From Eledone cirrhosa (Eukaryota), in contig OZ024741.1 of the NCBI GenBank assembly GCA_964016885.1, positions 102,796,001 through 102,860,000 of the forward strand: 64,000 bases of DNA, given 5' to 3'. The notes under the pieces are model-generated. The model was not told the DNA's origin, ran no database searches, and was given only the letters and a program-made list of their open reading frames with translations. Both the position numbers and the translations under genes were made by a program. Position 1 is the stretch's first letter, and the number at the start of each line of letters is the position of its first letter. Shown in pieces: positions 1 through 12,679 of the stretch.

Positions 1-662
1 CCTTTTTACCTCCAACTTTAAGTCCTGGTATCGGTTAATTTTCTCCCTCTCCTTCTCTTGCACTCTCGTGTCGAATGGGCAGGCCACATCCACAATCAGG
101 CACGATCTTTTTCCTTGTCCAAAACCACCAGGTCGGGTCTATTGTATTCCAGTTTCTTGTCCGTCTGTATCCTAAAATCCCACAGCACATTCATCTGATC
201 GTTTTCTATCACCGACTCTGGCTTATGCTCATACCACTTCCCAGAATGTGGTAAATTGTTTACTTTGCATAGGTGCCAGTGGATCACCCTGCCCATCACA
301 TCATGTCTCCAGCCTTTATAGTGAGTCTGGGCTAGGTGTTTACACTCGGATACAATGTGAGCCACAGTCTCCTCTCTCTCTCCACAGATCATGTACAGTG
401 GGCTAGCCTCCTCCTTGTAAAGATGGTGTTTCAACCACTTAGTTTTGAGGGCCTGCTCTTGCGCAACCATTAGCATTCCTTCTGTAGCCTTTTTAAGGTC
501 TCCTCTTTTCAACCAGTTCCATGTCTGTGGATCTCTGAATTCAGTTTTCTCAAGGAAAGTACTACGAAGGGATTTTTCAAGAAGGCTGCTCTTTCTCCTT
601 GTTGTTATTTCCTCTTGGACATCCCCTGGTCTATTCTCCTCTTCTTCAGTACAATTCTGAGC
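1..662 (-). mobile_element. Dong/R4-clade (RLE) non-LTR retrotransposon, 5'-truncated copy running off the window edge
   Basis: ORF 96..755(-) has the zinc-knuckle region (ICGEREETVAHIVSEC) and the start of the RLE (RPDLVVLD). Near-identical by eye to 6740-7400. Its 5' break abuts (ATT)n at 663. Confidence 0.9.
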
Positions 663-680
663 ATTATTATTATTATTATT
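663..680. repeat. (ATT)6 microsatellite between the Dong copy and the Tx1 5' end
   Basis: attattattattattatt read directly. Confidence 0.95.
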
Positions 681-891
681 GGCGAACCACGTAGTAAATC
701 GTATCCTCGTGAGCTCCGCAAAGGTTTGTTGTTTTCCTTTGTTAAAAATTGCCATTTATGGAAACTTGTTATTGTTAACTGTATATAAGCGCACATACAT
801 TGTTTTCCAAAAAGGACACTCAAAAAGATTGCCTTGAGCCAAAAATTTAAACTTTTATAATTAGCAAACAAAAGTTTTTCTTTGAAACATC

Positions 892-2799
892 ATGGCTGAC
901 TCAGATTCACTCCTTTCTCACAAACTAACACCTCACACCGACACCACCATTGTAAATATTACTACGTTTGCCAACACTAAAGATATAAGCAGTAGCAATA
1001 TTTTAAATTTGTCTCAGGCAGACATTCATTTCTCGCCATTACCAATGACTGCAGGTTTTAAAGCCGCCACCACCACAACAACCACCACCGCGACAACAGA
1101 AACAAAAGAAAAAAATAAATTAACTCGTGATATCGAAATGAATTCAACCAAAATGAACTCTTCCACACCGAACACCACTGACGCCACCACCACCACAACT
1201 GAAACTAAAATTAATAATAACAAAAATAACGATAACAATAACAGCAACAATGACATTAAAAAACCACCCTGAGTTTTGCCAGAGTAGCAAAAAAATGCGA
1301 AGCATTCCAGGTAACTCAGGAGGAATTAGAAGACGCCAAAAAAATGGTAAAGAAAGACGGGTACAGGGTCAGCCATACGCCCCCCCCCCCAACCGATTAA
1401 AATAGAGCATCGGCGCCTATGCACCGTGTCTTATCGAACAATTAGTATAAAATCGCGCCGAGTGGAACGGGGGCATCCGAGTCCCAAGTCCAAAAAGCTT
1501 TGGGACATGTGTGGGCAAAAAAAACCCACACCAGACGTGGGCAGAAGTATGGAACCGTGGACGTGTTCTTTGAAACGCCACAGGAGGCTAGAGAACACTC
1601 CATGGCCCCATTAAGAAGTGACGACTTCACACTCGTCCCAAGCTATTGTGGCCAGAGACTCGTAAAGATCAGGGTGACCCACGTTCCACCGGCCATCGAA
1701 ATTCCATGGCTAATAGCTGTCGTCCTCGCCGGCATCTAAGCCAACACCAAGATAATAGAAATAGCTAAATAAAAGCAGAACTGGTCCGGATCTGGGATGG
1801 AGCTCCTGATCCAAGCGGACCAAAAAAGCATTGAGTAGATCCCAGAGGTAATAGACCTCACTGACGGCAGCCACCTAACCGTAATTGTCGAGGGCAGAAG
1901 GCCTAGGTGTGTCGTTTGTGGTGAAGGAACCCACCTAAGGGCTTTCTGTCCTCAGGCTAAAAGGATGAGACCACCTCTCCTACCCACCCCAGTGACTCAA
2001 CCATCAACACCACCAGCAGCAGAGATAGCAGCAACAACTGTAGCAGCAACAACAGAGGCAACTGTAACAGCAACAACCCCAGCAACAAGCAAAACCAACA
2101 CCACCACCACCCAACGCTTCAGAACTAGCGCCAGCGCCTACACCATCCACCACGCCACAACCAAAACTAACGCCTGTGGAGGATTTTCCACTCCCCGGCC
2201 TATCACAACTGGAGACAGATTGTGACGACGAGGAGTGGGAAACGGTATCAGGAAAAAAGAAAAAAACTCCCTTCTTCCCTCTCCAAAAACAAAATACAGA
2301 GGGAAACAAATAAACTATCAAACAAAAAAGTTAGGACAGACATGCCACCATCCACACCAGCATCACCAACCCCATCATCCCAAATACCAACACCATCACC
2401 ATCATTAACCCCAACACCACCATCACCTACACCACAAAAGTCACCAAAATGCGAAACAGAAACAAACCCACTACAAACGCAAACAAAACAAAACAACCAA
2501 AACGATACACACTACACAGCATTAAATTTGAACAACACCCAATTATTACACTACATCCAACACAACACCAGCATCACAGAAAAAGACTACACAACAACCC
2601 AAAAGTTCACACCTCCTCCACACATACAAATCACTCGCATCACACAGAAAACGTAGATGACACTAAAACAAAAATTCCCCCAAAGACATCGGAGACTTCC
2701 GACAAGCACTCTCCAGGAGGATTTATAAGGACATCCTTCCTGAGGAGGCCACAAGCAGTGAAAAGGATGGAGAAACCGTCCTTCCTCTACGAGAAGTAA
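892..2799 (+). pseudogene. Tx1 ORF1 (gag-like), broken by stops and frameshifts
   Basis: Thr/Pro-rich low-complexity segments; RRM-like piece (KYGTVDVFFETPQEA); EGRRPRCVVCGEGTHLRAFCP = CX2CX4HX4C at about 1890-1953. Confidence 0.75.
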
Positions 2800-2838
2800 G
2801 GTAAGTGGTCTTTCCCATCTTTTCCACTCCATTTCAAC

Positions 2839-5800
2839 ATGACCTCACTCAGAATAGGCAGCATAAATGCGCGTGGCTTGGGGTCGTCATGGAAGCAGAG
2901 CCACCTGCTCAATGACCTCAGGTTACTAAACATAGATGTAGTGGCCATCAGCGAGACCAGAATCTCCGAAGAACGGGCCTTCGCACCGATCTTCGGCGGC
3001 TACGATGTGTACGCATCTCCCAGCCGTCCGGGATCGGGGGGAGGAGTTGCTGTGCTTTTTCGGAGAGGTTTGGATATTGCCATACGGGCCATCTTCCTGG
3101 ACCCAAAAGGTAAGTTGGTGGTGTTGGACGTGACCAGCGGAGAGGGGCAAGCTTTCAGGTTAGTGGCCGTCTATGCCCTGACAGGAGCAGGGCGGCCTGA
3201 TTTCTTCCGGCGTCTGGAGATCTTTCTTGGAACGTCCCGCTCTTTAGTGTAAGTGGGCGACTGGAACGGGATCTTAGATGGACGCTGGGACTGTGTGGGA
3301 TTGGTGGATAGGGGAGGAGGGTGCTAGAGTCTCACCAACCTGCTCAGGCGTTTTGAACTGTCTGACAGGTACCGATTGGATTTCCCGAATGTGCCAATGT
3401 GGACTTGGACAAATCGCATAGGGTCATCCAGATCATATCTAGATAGAGTATTTTGTAGGGAAATAGATAGGTCTAGCATAGGCTGTCCACAATTCAAGAT
3501 AGTCAGCTACACGGACCACGAATTGGTGATCTGTGTGCTTGACTTAGATAGGCTTCATAGACGAGGACCCGGCTACTGTAACCTAAACGCGTCCTTTCCA
3601 GCGCGCAAGGCCTACAGAGACCGGATTAGCGAACTAGTTGACGGGGGCCATCGTCAACAACAAGTGGTGGTTTGCTCTGAAAAGAGGAATTAGAATAGAG
3701 TCCATTAGGTTTAGTAAGGCTTTAGCAATAGAGAAAAATAGAGCAGAGGGAGAATTAGTTAGAACATTAGACGAGGCGCTTGGCAAAGGCATCGCGACCG
3801 AAGTACTTGCGGCGAAATTGGACCTTGACCAATTCTTCAATGCAAAGCACGAAGGCTGCGTTGTCAGAGCTAGGGTGCGTACTCTCAGACACGAGGGGGC
3901 GAAAGCCGTTCAATGGGCCCGAGTAGCGGAGGCGCGTCGTGGCAACAAAGCCACGATCCGGTCTTTGGTGGACCACGACGGGCGCATGCTACTCGATCCC
4001 GAGCAAATGTGTGAAGCTTTTCAGCGACACTTCGCACAGCTGCTAGGGGGCAGTGGCGGGCCGGATCGAGGGATGGACTTTAGTGTCTACCTGGACGGAC
4101 TACCGCAGCTCCAGGCCACTGACGCGTAGTGTTGCGAAAAGCCGATAGCAGCCGCTGAAGTACGGGAGGCAATGACTGGCTGCACAAGGGGCAAATCGCC
4201 AGGTTTTGCTGGTCTGTCCTATGAACTTTACGTACAAATGCCAGACTTGTTCGGAGGCCTCTTGGCGGACGTCTACTGTAACTGGCAACAGAACAGGAGA
4301 ATTCGCAGCTCTGTGAGCCGAGGAGCTGTGGCGCTGCTGAGAAAGGATCCGAACAAAGGGGATAACATAGATAATTTCAGGCCCATAACTCTGCTAAACA
4401 CAGAGTTCAAGATTTTGGCCAAGGTGCTAGCAAAGAGGTTGGCGCTTGTCGTTGGTGGTCTGGTGGGTGAGGCGCAAACGTGCGCCATTCCCGACAGATC
4501 CATCCACAACAACCTCCACCTCATGCGATACATCGTAGAGAGGGTAGCTGGGGAACCTGGCACGGGTGGGTCCTTGATCAATTTAGATCAGTCGAAAGCT
4601 TTCGATAGGGTCGACCATCGTTACCTAGCGGTAGTCCTGAGGGAGGCTGCCTTTGGGCCCGTCTTCAGAGGCTGGATCGCGACACCTTTTGGAACCGTTC
4701 AACATCATGAGCTCGGTCAGCCAAGGATGTCCCCTCTCGTCCCTCTTGTACGTATTGACTCCCGAGCCATTACTGCACAAACTGGAGACGTTGAGGGGGG
4801 TCGCGCGCGAACTAGGATGCGGAAGATCCGTGTCCGAATATGCGGACAATGTCACCGAAGTGGTGTCGAACGCCAAACACATCGAGGCGATCGGCACTAC
4901 ACTAAGAGAATACGAAGCGGTGACAGGAGCAATGATCAACCAGGAAAAGTCAGTGGGCCTGCAGCTCGGCACCTGGAGAGGCAGGTCCATGCCGTCCAAC
5001 AGCGTCGTCGGGCGCTGGACGGACGGACCAGTTAAATTGCTAGGGGTCTGGTTCGGTCCGGACCTCCAGATGGACAAAAGCTGAGACGAGGTGACGTGCA
5101 GGGTGGCTTCTCTCACCCAGAAATGGGCGGAGAGGAAGCTATCCCTGACAGGTCGAGCGGAGGTGGCTAACGCGTACATCGCGTCCGTCATCTACTACCG
5201 CCTGACCGTCGTACCTTGTCCTAAGCCCCGCCTGACTGCGCTGGAGCGTTTGCTCTTTGGCTTTTTGTGGAAGGGACGCGCTCCGATGGTCAGGCGGTCC
5301 ATTTGCTGCCAACACCCGCTATGTGGAGGGCTGGGCATGCCGTGGCTGATGATGCGCAGACACGCGCTCAGGCTACGACATCTCCACCTCTTCCGCGACG
5401 GTGATCAGGTGTGGTCGCCGTTTGCGAGACGCGTCTTTCCCCAGCTCGTCTCCTTGACGGAGCTGCAGTCCTGGTTCAAGCAAAGACCGAGAGGGAGCGC
5501 TTGGAGACTGGAATGCCTTCAGGCGCTCACAGCCCTCGACCAATCGGGCAATGTGATCGGTGGAAACTCAACCTTGGCGTTCTATAGGGGATTAGTGGAG
5601 GAGAAGAGCGACGACGTACTTGGAGAAACTCTAGGCGTCGACGAAAATACACTAGCCAATCTCTTCGGAAGGACTTTCGGGCCGGGGCCTATGGACAACT
5701 TCCAGAAATCCCTGGCCTGGCAGTACCGAGGAGCTTTGCCAGTTCGGGATAAACTCTACAGGCATGGAGGTGCCGTCAGCCGGGCGTGTCCGAGATGCGC

Positions 5801-6203
5801 GCAATGCGACAAAACCGTCCTGCACGCACTCGTCCAGTGTCCGAAAATTGCTGACTTGTGGGTTTATGTCGAACACCTGCTGTCGCGTGTAGGACGGATC
5901 CGGCTATCATCTGGGTCCATCGTGAGGATTGCCCCGCCCTCTTCCTTTAGCCGGGAAGGGCAGGCAGTTTTTATCTGTCTGGTGGCCATGGCGAAAGAGA
6001 TAGTATGGTGGACACGTTTGAAAGGGCTGAAGACGAGCACTTACCTCTTCGGTGATGCCCTGATTGACTTTTTCAAATTCCATTTGAAAAGGAAAATCAG
6101 AATAGAGAGGGAAGTGCTCTCTTCCCAGCATTTTGTTGAAAGATGGGTGAGAGAAGCAAGAATGACCCGAGTGAATGGGCCTACTCTGAGTATGTATCTG
6201 TAA
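2839..6203 (+). pseudogene. Tx1 ORF2: AP endonuclease + reverse transcriptase + C-terminal zinc finger, disrupted
   Basis: IGSINARGL, SETR, YLDRVF, TDHELV (APE); FRPITLLNTEFKILAK, LDQSKAFDRVDH, QGCPLS, YADNV (RT); CPRC...HALVQC. Confidence 0.92.
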
Positions 6204-6454
6204 ATTAGAGGTGGAAAACTGGGAGAGGGCACTTGCCTTGGTGGTCAGGGTCACTGTGGCCTTTTACTGGGCTTTCTCCACAAATGTCCCTAGGAAGTCT
6301 CCCCCCTATTGGGGAATGTTTCCTTGTTATGTTTTTGTTACATCCTCTGTTTTTGTTTTTTACACTCAGAAATGCCAATTTGTACCGTCCTGTATTGTCC
6401 TGCACTGTCCTTAATGTCTACTTTATGTAAACCCTTGTGGTTAATAAAGAAATC

Positions 6455-6487
6455 ATTATTATTATTATTATTATTATTGTTGTTATT
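6455..6487. repeat. (ATT)n/(GTT) tract shared by the Tx1 3' end and the Dong 3' end
   Basis: read directly. Confidence 0.9.
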
Positions 6488-9195
6488 CCTTCAATCTCAG
6501 TCATTGATGTTGGTTAACTGGAAAGTCCGTTGGAATGAATATCAAGCCACTACCTGCAGCCTCAGATATTCAGGACGTATCGGAGGGTTCTTGCTGTTCC
6601 AAGCGAGCATGCCTTTTGAAGCGTTCCAAAAAGCGTGAAGGGGCCGATTTTCTTTAACCATCCCTGGAAACTTTTGGAGAGGGTCCCCAGTGCGCCTATG
6701 ACAATCGGGATCACTTTGACTTCATGGCAGTTCCAAATCCTTTTCACCTCCCACTTTAGGTCCTGGTATCGGTTAATTTTCTCCCTCTCCTTCTCTTGCA
6801 CTCTCATGTCGAACGGGCAGGCCACATCCACAATCAGACACGATCTTTTTTCTTTGTCCACAACCACCAGGTCAGGTCTATTGTGTTCCAGTTTTTTGTC
6901 CGTCTGTATCCTAAAATCCCACAGCATCTTCACCTGATTGTTCTCCATCACCGCCTCCGGCCTATGCTCATACCATTTCTCAGAATGTGGTAAATTGTTT
7001 ACTTTGCACAGGTGCCAGTGGATCACCCTGCCCATCACATCGTGTCTCCAGCCCTTATAGTGGGTCTGGGCTAGGTGTTTACACTCGGACACAATGTGAG
7101 CCACAGTCTCCTCTATCTCTCCACAGATCCTGCACAGTGGGCTAGCCTCCTCCTTGTAAATATGGTGCTTCAACCACTTCGTTTTGAGGGCCTGCTCCTG
7201 CGCAGCCATTATCATTCCTTCTGTAGCCTTTTTGAGGTCTCCTCTTCTCAACCAGTTCCATGTCTGTGGATCTCTAAATTCAGTTTTCTCAAAGAAGGTA
7301 CTATGAAGGGATTTTCCCTTAAGGCTGCTCTTCCTCCTTGATGTTATTTCCTCCTTGGACATCCCCTGGCCTACTGTCCCCTCCTTCAGTACAGTTTTGA
7401 GCATTGGCTCCTTACTATAGGTCACGTATTTGTATAGGTTGTTTTTCTCCATCTGAACACAGTCCTCTATGCTGATAAGACCTCTTCCACCCTCAGATCT
7501 CCTTAGGTAGAGTCTATCGACATCACTCCTCTTGTGGAACATGTTGTAGATAGGCTATAGCTTCCTAGTCTTCCTATCCATTTCTTTTTGTTCAGCAACA
7601 TTCCATCTCAGAATTCCTGCACTGTACCTAATAATAGACACAGCTCGGGAATTTACTGCGCTTATGGCATTTCTGCTGTTCAGATGTGACTTCAATACGC
7701 TCCTTACTCTCCGAATGTATTCAGTTCTTAACAATTCCTTCATTTTTTTGTTCTTTATGCCATCAGCCTCCAGAACGCCCAAATACTTGTATCCTTCCTC
7801 AGAGTCAATTTCCTTTATCATCTCACCTGTTGGTATCTGGATCCCGCTACTTCTGCTCAACCTACCCCTCCTCATCACAATGACTCCACATTTACCAATA
7901 CCAAACTGCATACATATATCACTGCTGAAAATACGGACAGTGTCAACAAGCACATTCAACTCCTCTCACTTTTCCCGAAGAGCTTAAGATCGTCCATGAA
8001 GAGGAGGTGATTGATGGTAAGCTCTCCCCTTCCCAACTTGTATCCTGCTCTCACTTTTCGCAGCATAATGGTCAAGGGCATTAGGGCAAGGACAAACAAC
8101 AGAGGGGACAGGCTATCTCCCTGGAAGATACCTCTCTTGATCTTCACGCTTCCCAAGGATACTCCAGTTGATGTCAACTCTGTCTCCCAGGACCCCATAC
8201 TCCTGCCCAGCAACTGTCTGATGTTATCCGCCACCCTGAAGATCTCCAGGCTTTTGGTGATCCAAGAATGAGGCACCATGTCAAATGCCTTTCTGTAGTC
8301 TATCCATCCCATGGCAAGATCAGTGTGTCTCCTCCTGCAATTCCCCATTACCATCTTATCAATAAGTAATTGGTCCTTTGTACCACGTGACTTCTTTCGG
8401 CATCCTTTCTGTTCGTCCGGTAACAAGTTGTTTGTGTGGAGGTGATGGTAGATTTCCTCAGACACAATGCTCGTCAACAGTTTCCACATTACGGACAGAC
8501 ATGTGATAGGTCTATAGTTGGTAACATCATTACCCTTGATTCGGTCTTTCATTATCAGAACTGTGGTACCTTTTGTCAACCACTCTGGCACCTCACCCGA
8601 CACCAAGCAGTCATTGAACATGGCCGTCAGCTTCGGGTGGAGGGATGTTAAATGTTTAATCCAATACCCCTGCACACCATCTGGGCCTGGTGATTTCCAG
8701 TTGGTTAGTTTTTTGGCCTGCCCCTTAAGAGTTTCAACTGTGATACTCAAATCAGTTTGTTGTTGTGCCTGCTCACCGATCTCCCTCTGTACTGTCTCAA
8801 TCCACCCTGCCTGGGCATTATGTCTAACATCCTGTTCCCATATTCCTCTCCAGAATGTTTTAGTTTGTTCCGCCCCAGGGATCAAGTCGTTGCCTCTTTC
8901 TTTCCCCTCAAGCTGTCCAAACAGCATCTTCTGGTTGTTGTCGAACATGCGGTTCTGTTTATACTGACTGACTCTGTTCTCGTATCGCCTGATTTTTGCA
9001 CTCTTTGCTACAATGCGTTGCTTCAATTCCTCTATGATAATATTTAGCTTTTTACTCCTAGTTTTGTATTTTATTTCCAGTCTATTTTTAGTGCCTATGT
9101 TTTTTAGTGTCCCATTCAGTAGTGACTCAAGCTTTCCTATGTCATTTCTCATTTCCCCGATTTGCCCACTCAGTCGCTTCTTCCACCACGGCTCT
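6488..9195 (-). mobile_element. Dong/R4-clade RLE non-LTR retrotransposon, 5'-truncated, inserted in (TAA)n
   Basis: ORFs 7956..9152, 7555..7959 and 6562..7542: NYRPITCL, GIFQGDSLSPLLF, HLLFMDDLKLF, CRICGE..HIVSEC, RPDLVVVD..IVDVACP..K (RLE). (TAA)n at both ends. Confidence 0.93.
6562..9195 (-). pseudogene. RT-zinc knuckle-restriction-like endonuclease ORF with one frameshift and one stop
   Basis: Three consecutive ORF pieces join into one RT-RLE protein. Confidence 0.9.
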
Positions 9196-9196
9196 A

Positions 9197-9244
<48 letters not shown>
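9197..9244. repeat. (ATT)16 microsatellite
   Basis: read directly. Confidence 0.95.
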
Positions 9245-9247
<3 letters not shown>

Positions 9248-9487
9248 AATATTATTGTAGGTTATTAATATTATTTTGGGAGGTCCATACTGCACCTGCT
9301 GGTTTTCACTTCAATTTATTATAAATTTCCGGTTTGTTGGTTGGTTCGATAACCGGATGTTGTTTATATATTGTCAAAGCACTTTTGACACACATTCTGT
9401 GACCTCCTCAGTGACTATGTTTTTATTTTGTGTCTCTCCTTTGTTCTGTCCTACACCATATTGCTTTTGTGTTTTGTGTGTTGTGTG

Positions 9488-9800
9488 TCCAGAAATTCGC
9501 TTGGCAGTGCTATCGCGAATGCCTGCCAGTCCGAGATAAACTCTATAGGAACAGTAGTGTGGTCAGACGGAGCTGTCCGAGATGCGCGCAGAGCGACGAA
9601 ACCGTTTTGCACGCACTCGTCCAGTGCTCATGTATAGAGTATGACGAACATCTGTTCCCGCATGTGGGACGGATCCGGCTATCGACCGAGTCCATAGCGA
9701 AGATCGCCCCACCGCCTTCTTTTGGCCGGGAAGAGAAGGCAGTCTTCCTCTGTCTGATAGCTCTAGCAAAAGAGGTTTTGTGGTGAACGTGACTTGAAAA
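9488..9800 (+). mobile_element. Older Tx1 ORF2 3' fragment
   Basis: LPVRDKLYR..CPRCAQSDETVLHALVQC..GRIRLS..IAPPPSFGRE matches 5700-6030. Confidence 0.85.
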
Positions 9801-11273
9801 AGTTGACATCTCGAAGGAAGAAGAGTATCTTCAAATGCAGTCGCTGCATACAAGTGTGCTACTCCCATGTGGGCCTATCCAGCCACAGCAGATGCTGCAC
9901 CGCCGTCAGTAGCTGACATAATATTCTATAGGCACAGATCCAGATCCATGGCCTTTCGAGACCGACGGATGCCACAATATATATGTAGTAGTAGTAGTAG
10001 TAGTAGTACATCGAAGTTGTCATTGCACATCGCAAACACAAATCGTATTATACTGTATGAGGTAATCTCTACACCCAGTGTATATCTGATACGACGGAGT
10101 TGCGGAGCGAACCCCTTCATCACACAGGTACGCCTGCGCCTATTAAATAAAATGAATATAAACGACGCCCCAAGTTATTTTTTGTTTCAAATCACTTTAT
10201 TTTCTTGCACTGAACTTGTATTTCGTACTACATTTCTTAAATATTTATAAGCGTTTATTGGAAAAAGTGCAAATATTGCGAAAGCAAATCATTAAGTTCA
10301 GGCTTTTTAGTTAGTATTGTTTAATTCCAAACGATGAAGAATTTTAATAATTATAGAACAAAATTACAAACTTCATTACAATTTTAGGCAATGATCTAAT
10401 ATGTACCTGTCTTTTAGACGGAGACGAAACCTTTAACTATATTTTATTGCGATATGTGGCGGCTTTTAGGTTGCAGAATACATTCTGATCAATTCAGCCA
10501 ACATCGACAGCAACATTATTCAGATATTTCAATTATAAAATATTTAATTATAAACAACAATTAATCGGTTTACGAAGCGTCGTGTGCATTTAAGATGTTG
10601 AAAGTATGTTTAACTATGAAATAGTTGAATTCAGTCAACATATTCAGTTGTGGCAGTTTTACAACGGCAACATACTTTCAAAATGTGATTATAAACTTCA
10701 TTAATCAAAACTTTAAGTAATAAACTACGGTGTACCGGTCGGTCATTGAGGGGTATAGAGCAGCTACAAGCTTCCAGAATACATTGCGATGAAGTAAATA
10801 AATCAATATTATTAGCCGAGGTTAGCTTACGGGGTCGATAAAATAAAGTACATGTAATGTACTGGTAATTGCTGGCCTTGTGCCAATAGTAGAAACAATT
10901 ATTAGCATATTGCAATTATCAAATATAAGATTACAAACGCCATTAATACACGTAAAACATTGATTAGTTGTTAATTTAAGCAAAAGATTTTAGGTGTAAC
11001 AATTAGTCAGATGACGTCGCGCTTCTAACCAAATTTCAATGCGGGCTATGAAACATTTAGCTTCCAGAAAATATTCTGATCAACATTATTTGGATATTTC
11101 ATTTCTTTAGACAACAATTATTATTTTTTTCGGGAGTTTAATGCTGATTAAACAACATAGAAATAAGATAAATAATTTCGAATAAAAATTAAATTAAATT
11201 ATTCGAGCTGGAGACACGAACATTCGCTGCTTAATATTAATGCACTTTATAAGACTGTGTTCATCATTTGAAT

Positions 11274-11386
<113 letters not shown>

Positions 11387-11976
11387 TTAGTTTATGCCAT
11401 TAGATGTAAAGGATGTAATGCAGATTATATAGGGCAAACTAAACTCACCCTCAGAAACTGAAAGACAATTCATCGCCAACAATTACGAGACCCTACCGCA
11501 AGACACTCAGTGGACATCTAGACATAAGTGCAAACGATAAGACACCTAAATTCCACGTCTTTCCCCTTTATCTTTGCACTGACAATACAACAGACCAAAT
11601 ACGAATAAATAAGGAAAATATGTTTATTCATAAATATTGACCAACATTAAATATAGTTTAATATACGTTAGTATGTTAACACCATAACATGCTAACCATC
11701 CACCCACACACATACATATACACATACACATGCATATATATACACACACACGCACACACATAACATCCTTCTCTATATTCGAAAATAAAAGACCAGAGCT
11801 AAATATACTTTAACATACGTTAATATTTTAACACCTTAACATGCTTGTCATTCCCACCCCCCTTACTCATACACATAACACTTTTCTCCATTTCTACTAA
11901 TGGAATCATTTTTATTTCTATTATCAAGACTATAAACAGCTTAGCTATACACACACGCACACGCACACGCACACGC

Positions 11977-12011
<35 letters not shown>

Positions 12012-12525
12012 TAAAAAATGTATTTCTCTTTTCAACTCTGCCACCACCATCGCCGCCGCCACCACTAGCGACATAAACATTCAATTAATTTCAATAGGAA
12101 GTCTGAATTTTGACACCCCAGAACGACATCAGCCATACTCACTGAATCAGAACTATTGCTCCCTCTCCCATTTCTTGACCATTATCTTTTCTTTGGCACA
12201 AAACTGTCCATGACAAATCAATGATTGTGACAATGGCAATGAAGAACCCTCACACACGAGATGGCGCGAAAGTTGATGTACTTATTCACGTGACAGTCAT
12301 CAACCAACCAAATTACTTTTTTAAATTCCCCAGCAATTCGAACCAGTCTTTCCACATGAAACAGAAAGGACTTTCTAACACGAACCAGATGCGAGACACA
12401 CCACAAACCCTCCATCTCAATTCTACTTTTGAAAAGCATAAGAACTGTGAAACCGGTAAAGGAAATAAATAAATATTCTTAAAAAGACTCCAGTTGCATT
12501 TTCGATTTCTTTTTCTTATATGTAT
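11387..12525 (+). mobile_element. Penelope-like element 3' part: GIY-YIG endonuclease remnant, long 3' region, hammerhead
   Basis: Translation at about 11393-11450 gives YAIRCKGCNADYIGQTKLTLR (GIY-YIG). Lies between (TA)n tracts. 12330-12520 is homologous to 49380-49570(-). Confidence 0.75.
12425..12462 (+). ncRNA. Minimal type I hammerhead ribozyme, U3-A8 core variant (slightly decayed)
   Basis: actt TTGAAAA gcat aagaa ctgt GAAA ccgg TA aagg. Confidence 0.65.
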
Positions 12526-12541
12526 ATATGTGTGTTTATAT

Positions 12542-12574
<33 letters not shown>

Positions 12575-12575
<1 letters not shown>

Positions 12576-12668
12576 ACAAAGAGGGTGTGGTAAGATACCA
12601 GGTGGATCCTAATGCACCAGAGTACGCGATACTTAGGGTAGTAGGGTGGGTAATAGGAAAAGAGTCAG
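12575..12668 (-). mobile_element. pLTR-like fragment of the same family as 57477-57570
   Basis: Reverse-complement match to 57477-57570; flanked by (TA)n. Confidence 0.7.
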
Positions 12669-12679
12669 CTATATATATT

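Larger units (their letters stand above)
681..6454 (+). mobile_element. Near full-length L1/Tx1-clade non-LTR retrotransposon (degenerate)
   Basis: 5'UTR, ORF1 with CCHC knuckle, ORF2 with APE-RT-zinc finger, 3'UTR with AATAAA at 6443. Flanked on both sides by (ATT)n. Confidence 0.9.

Noticed and set aside
9850-10010. GC-richer segment next to (TAG)n resembling an RTE 5' end
   Set aside because: Too short to assign without a database search
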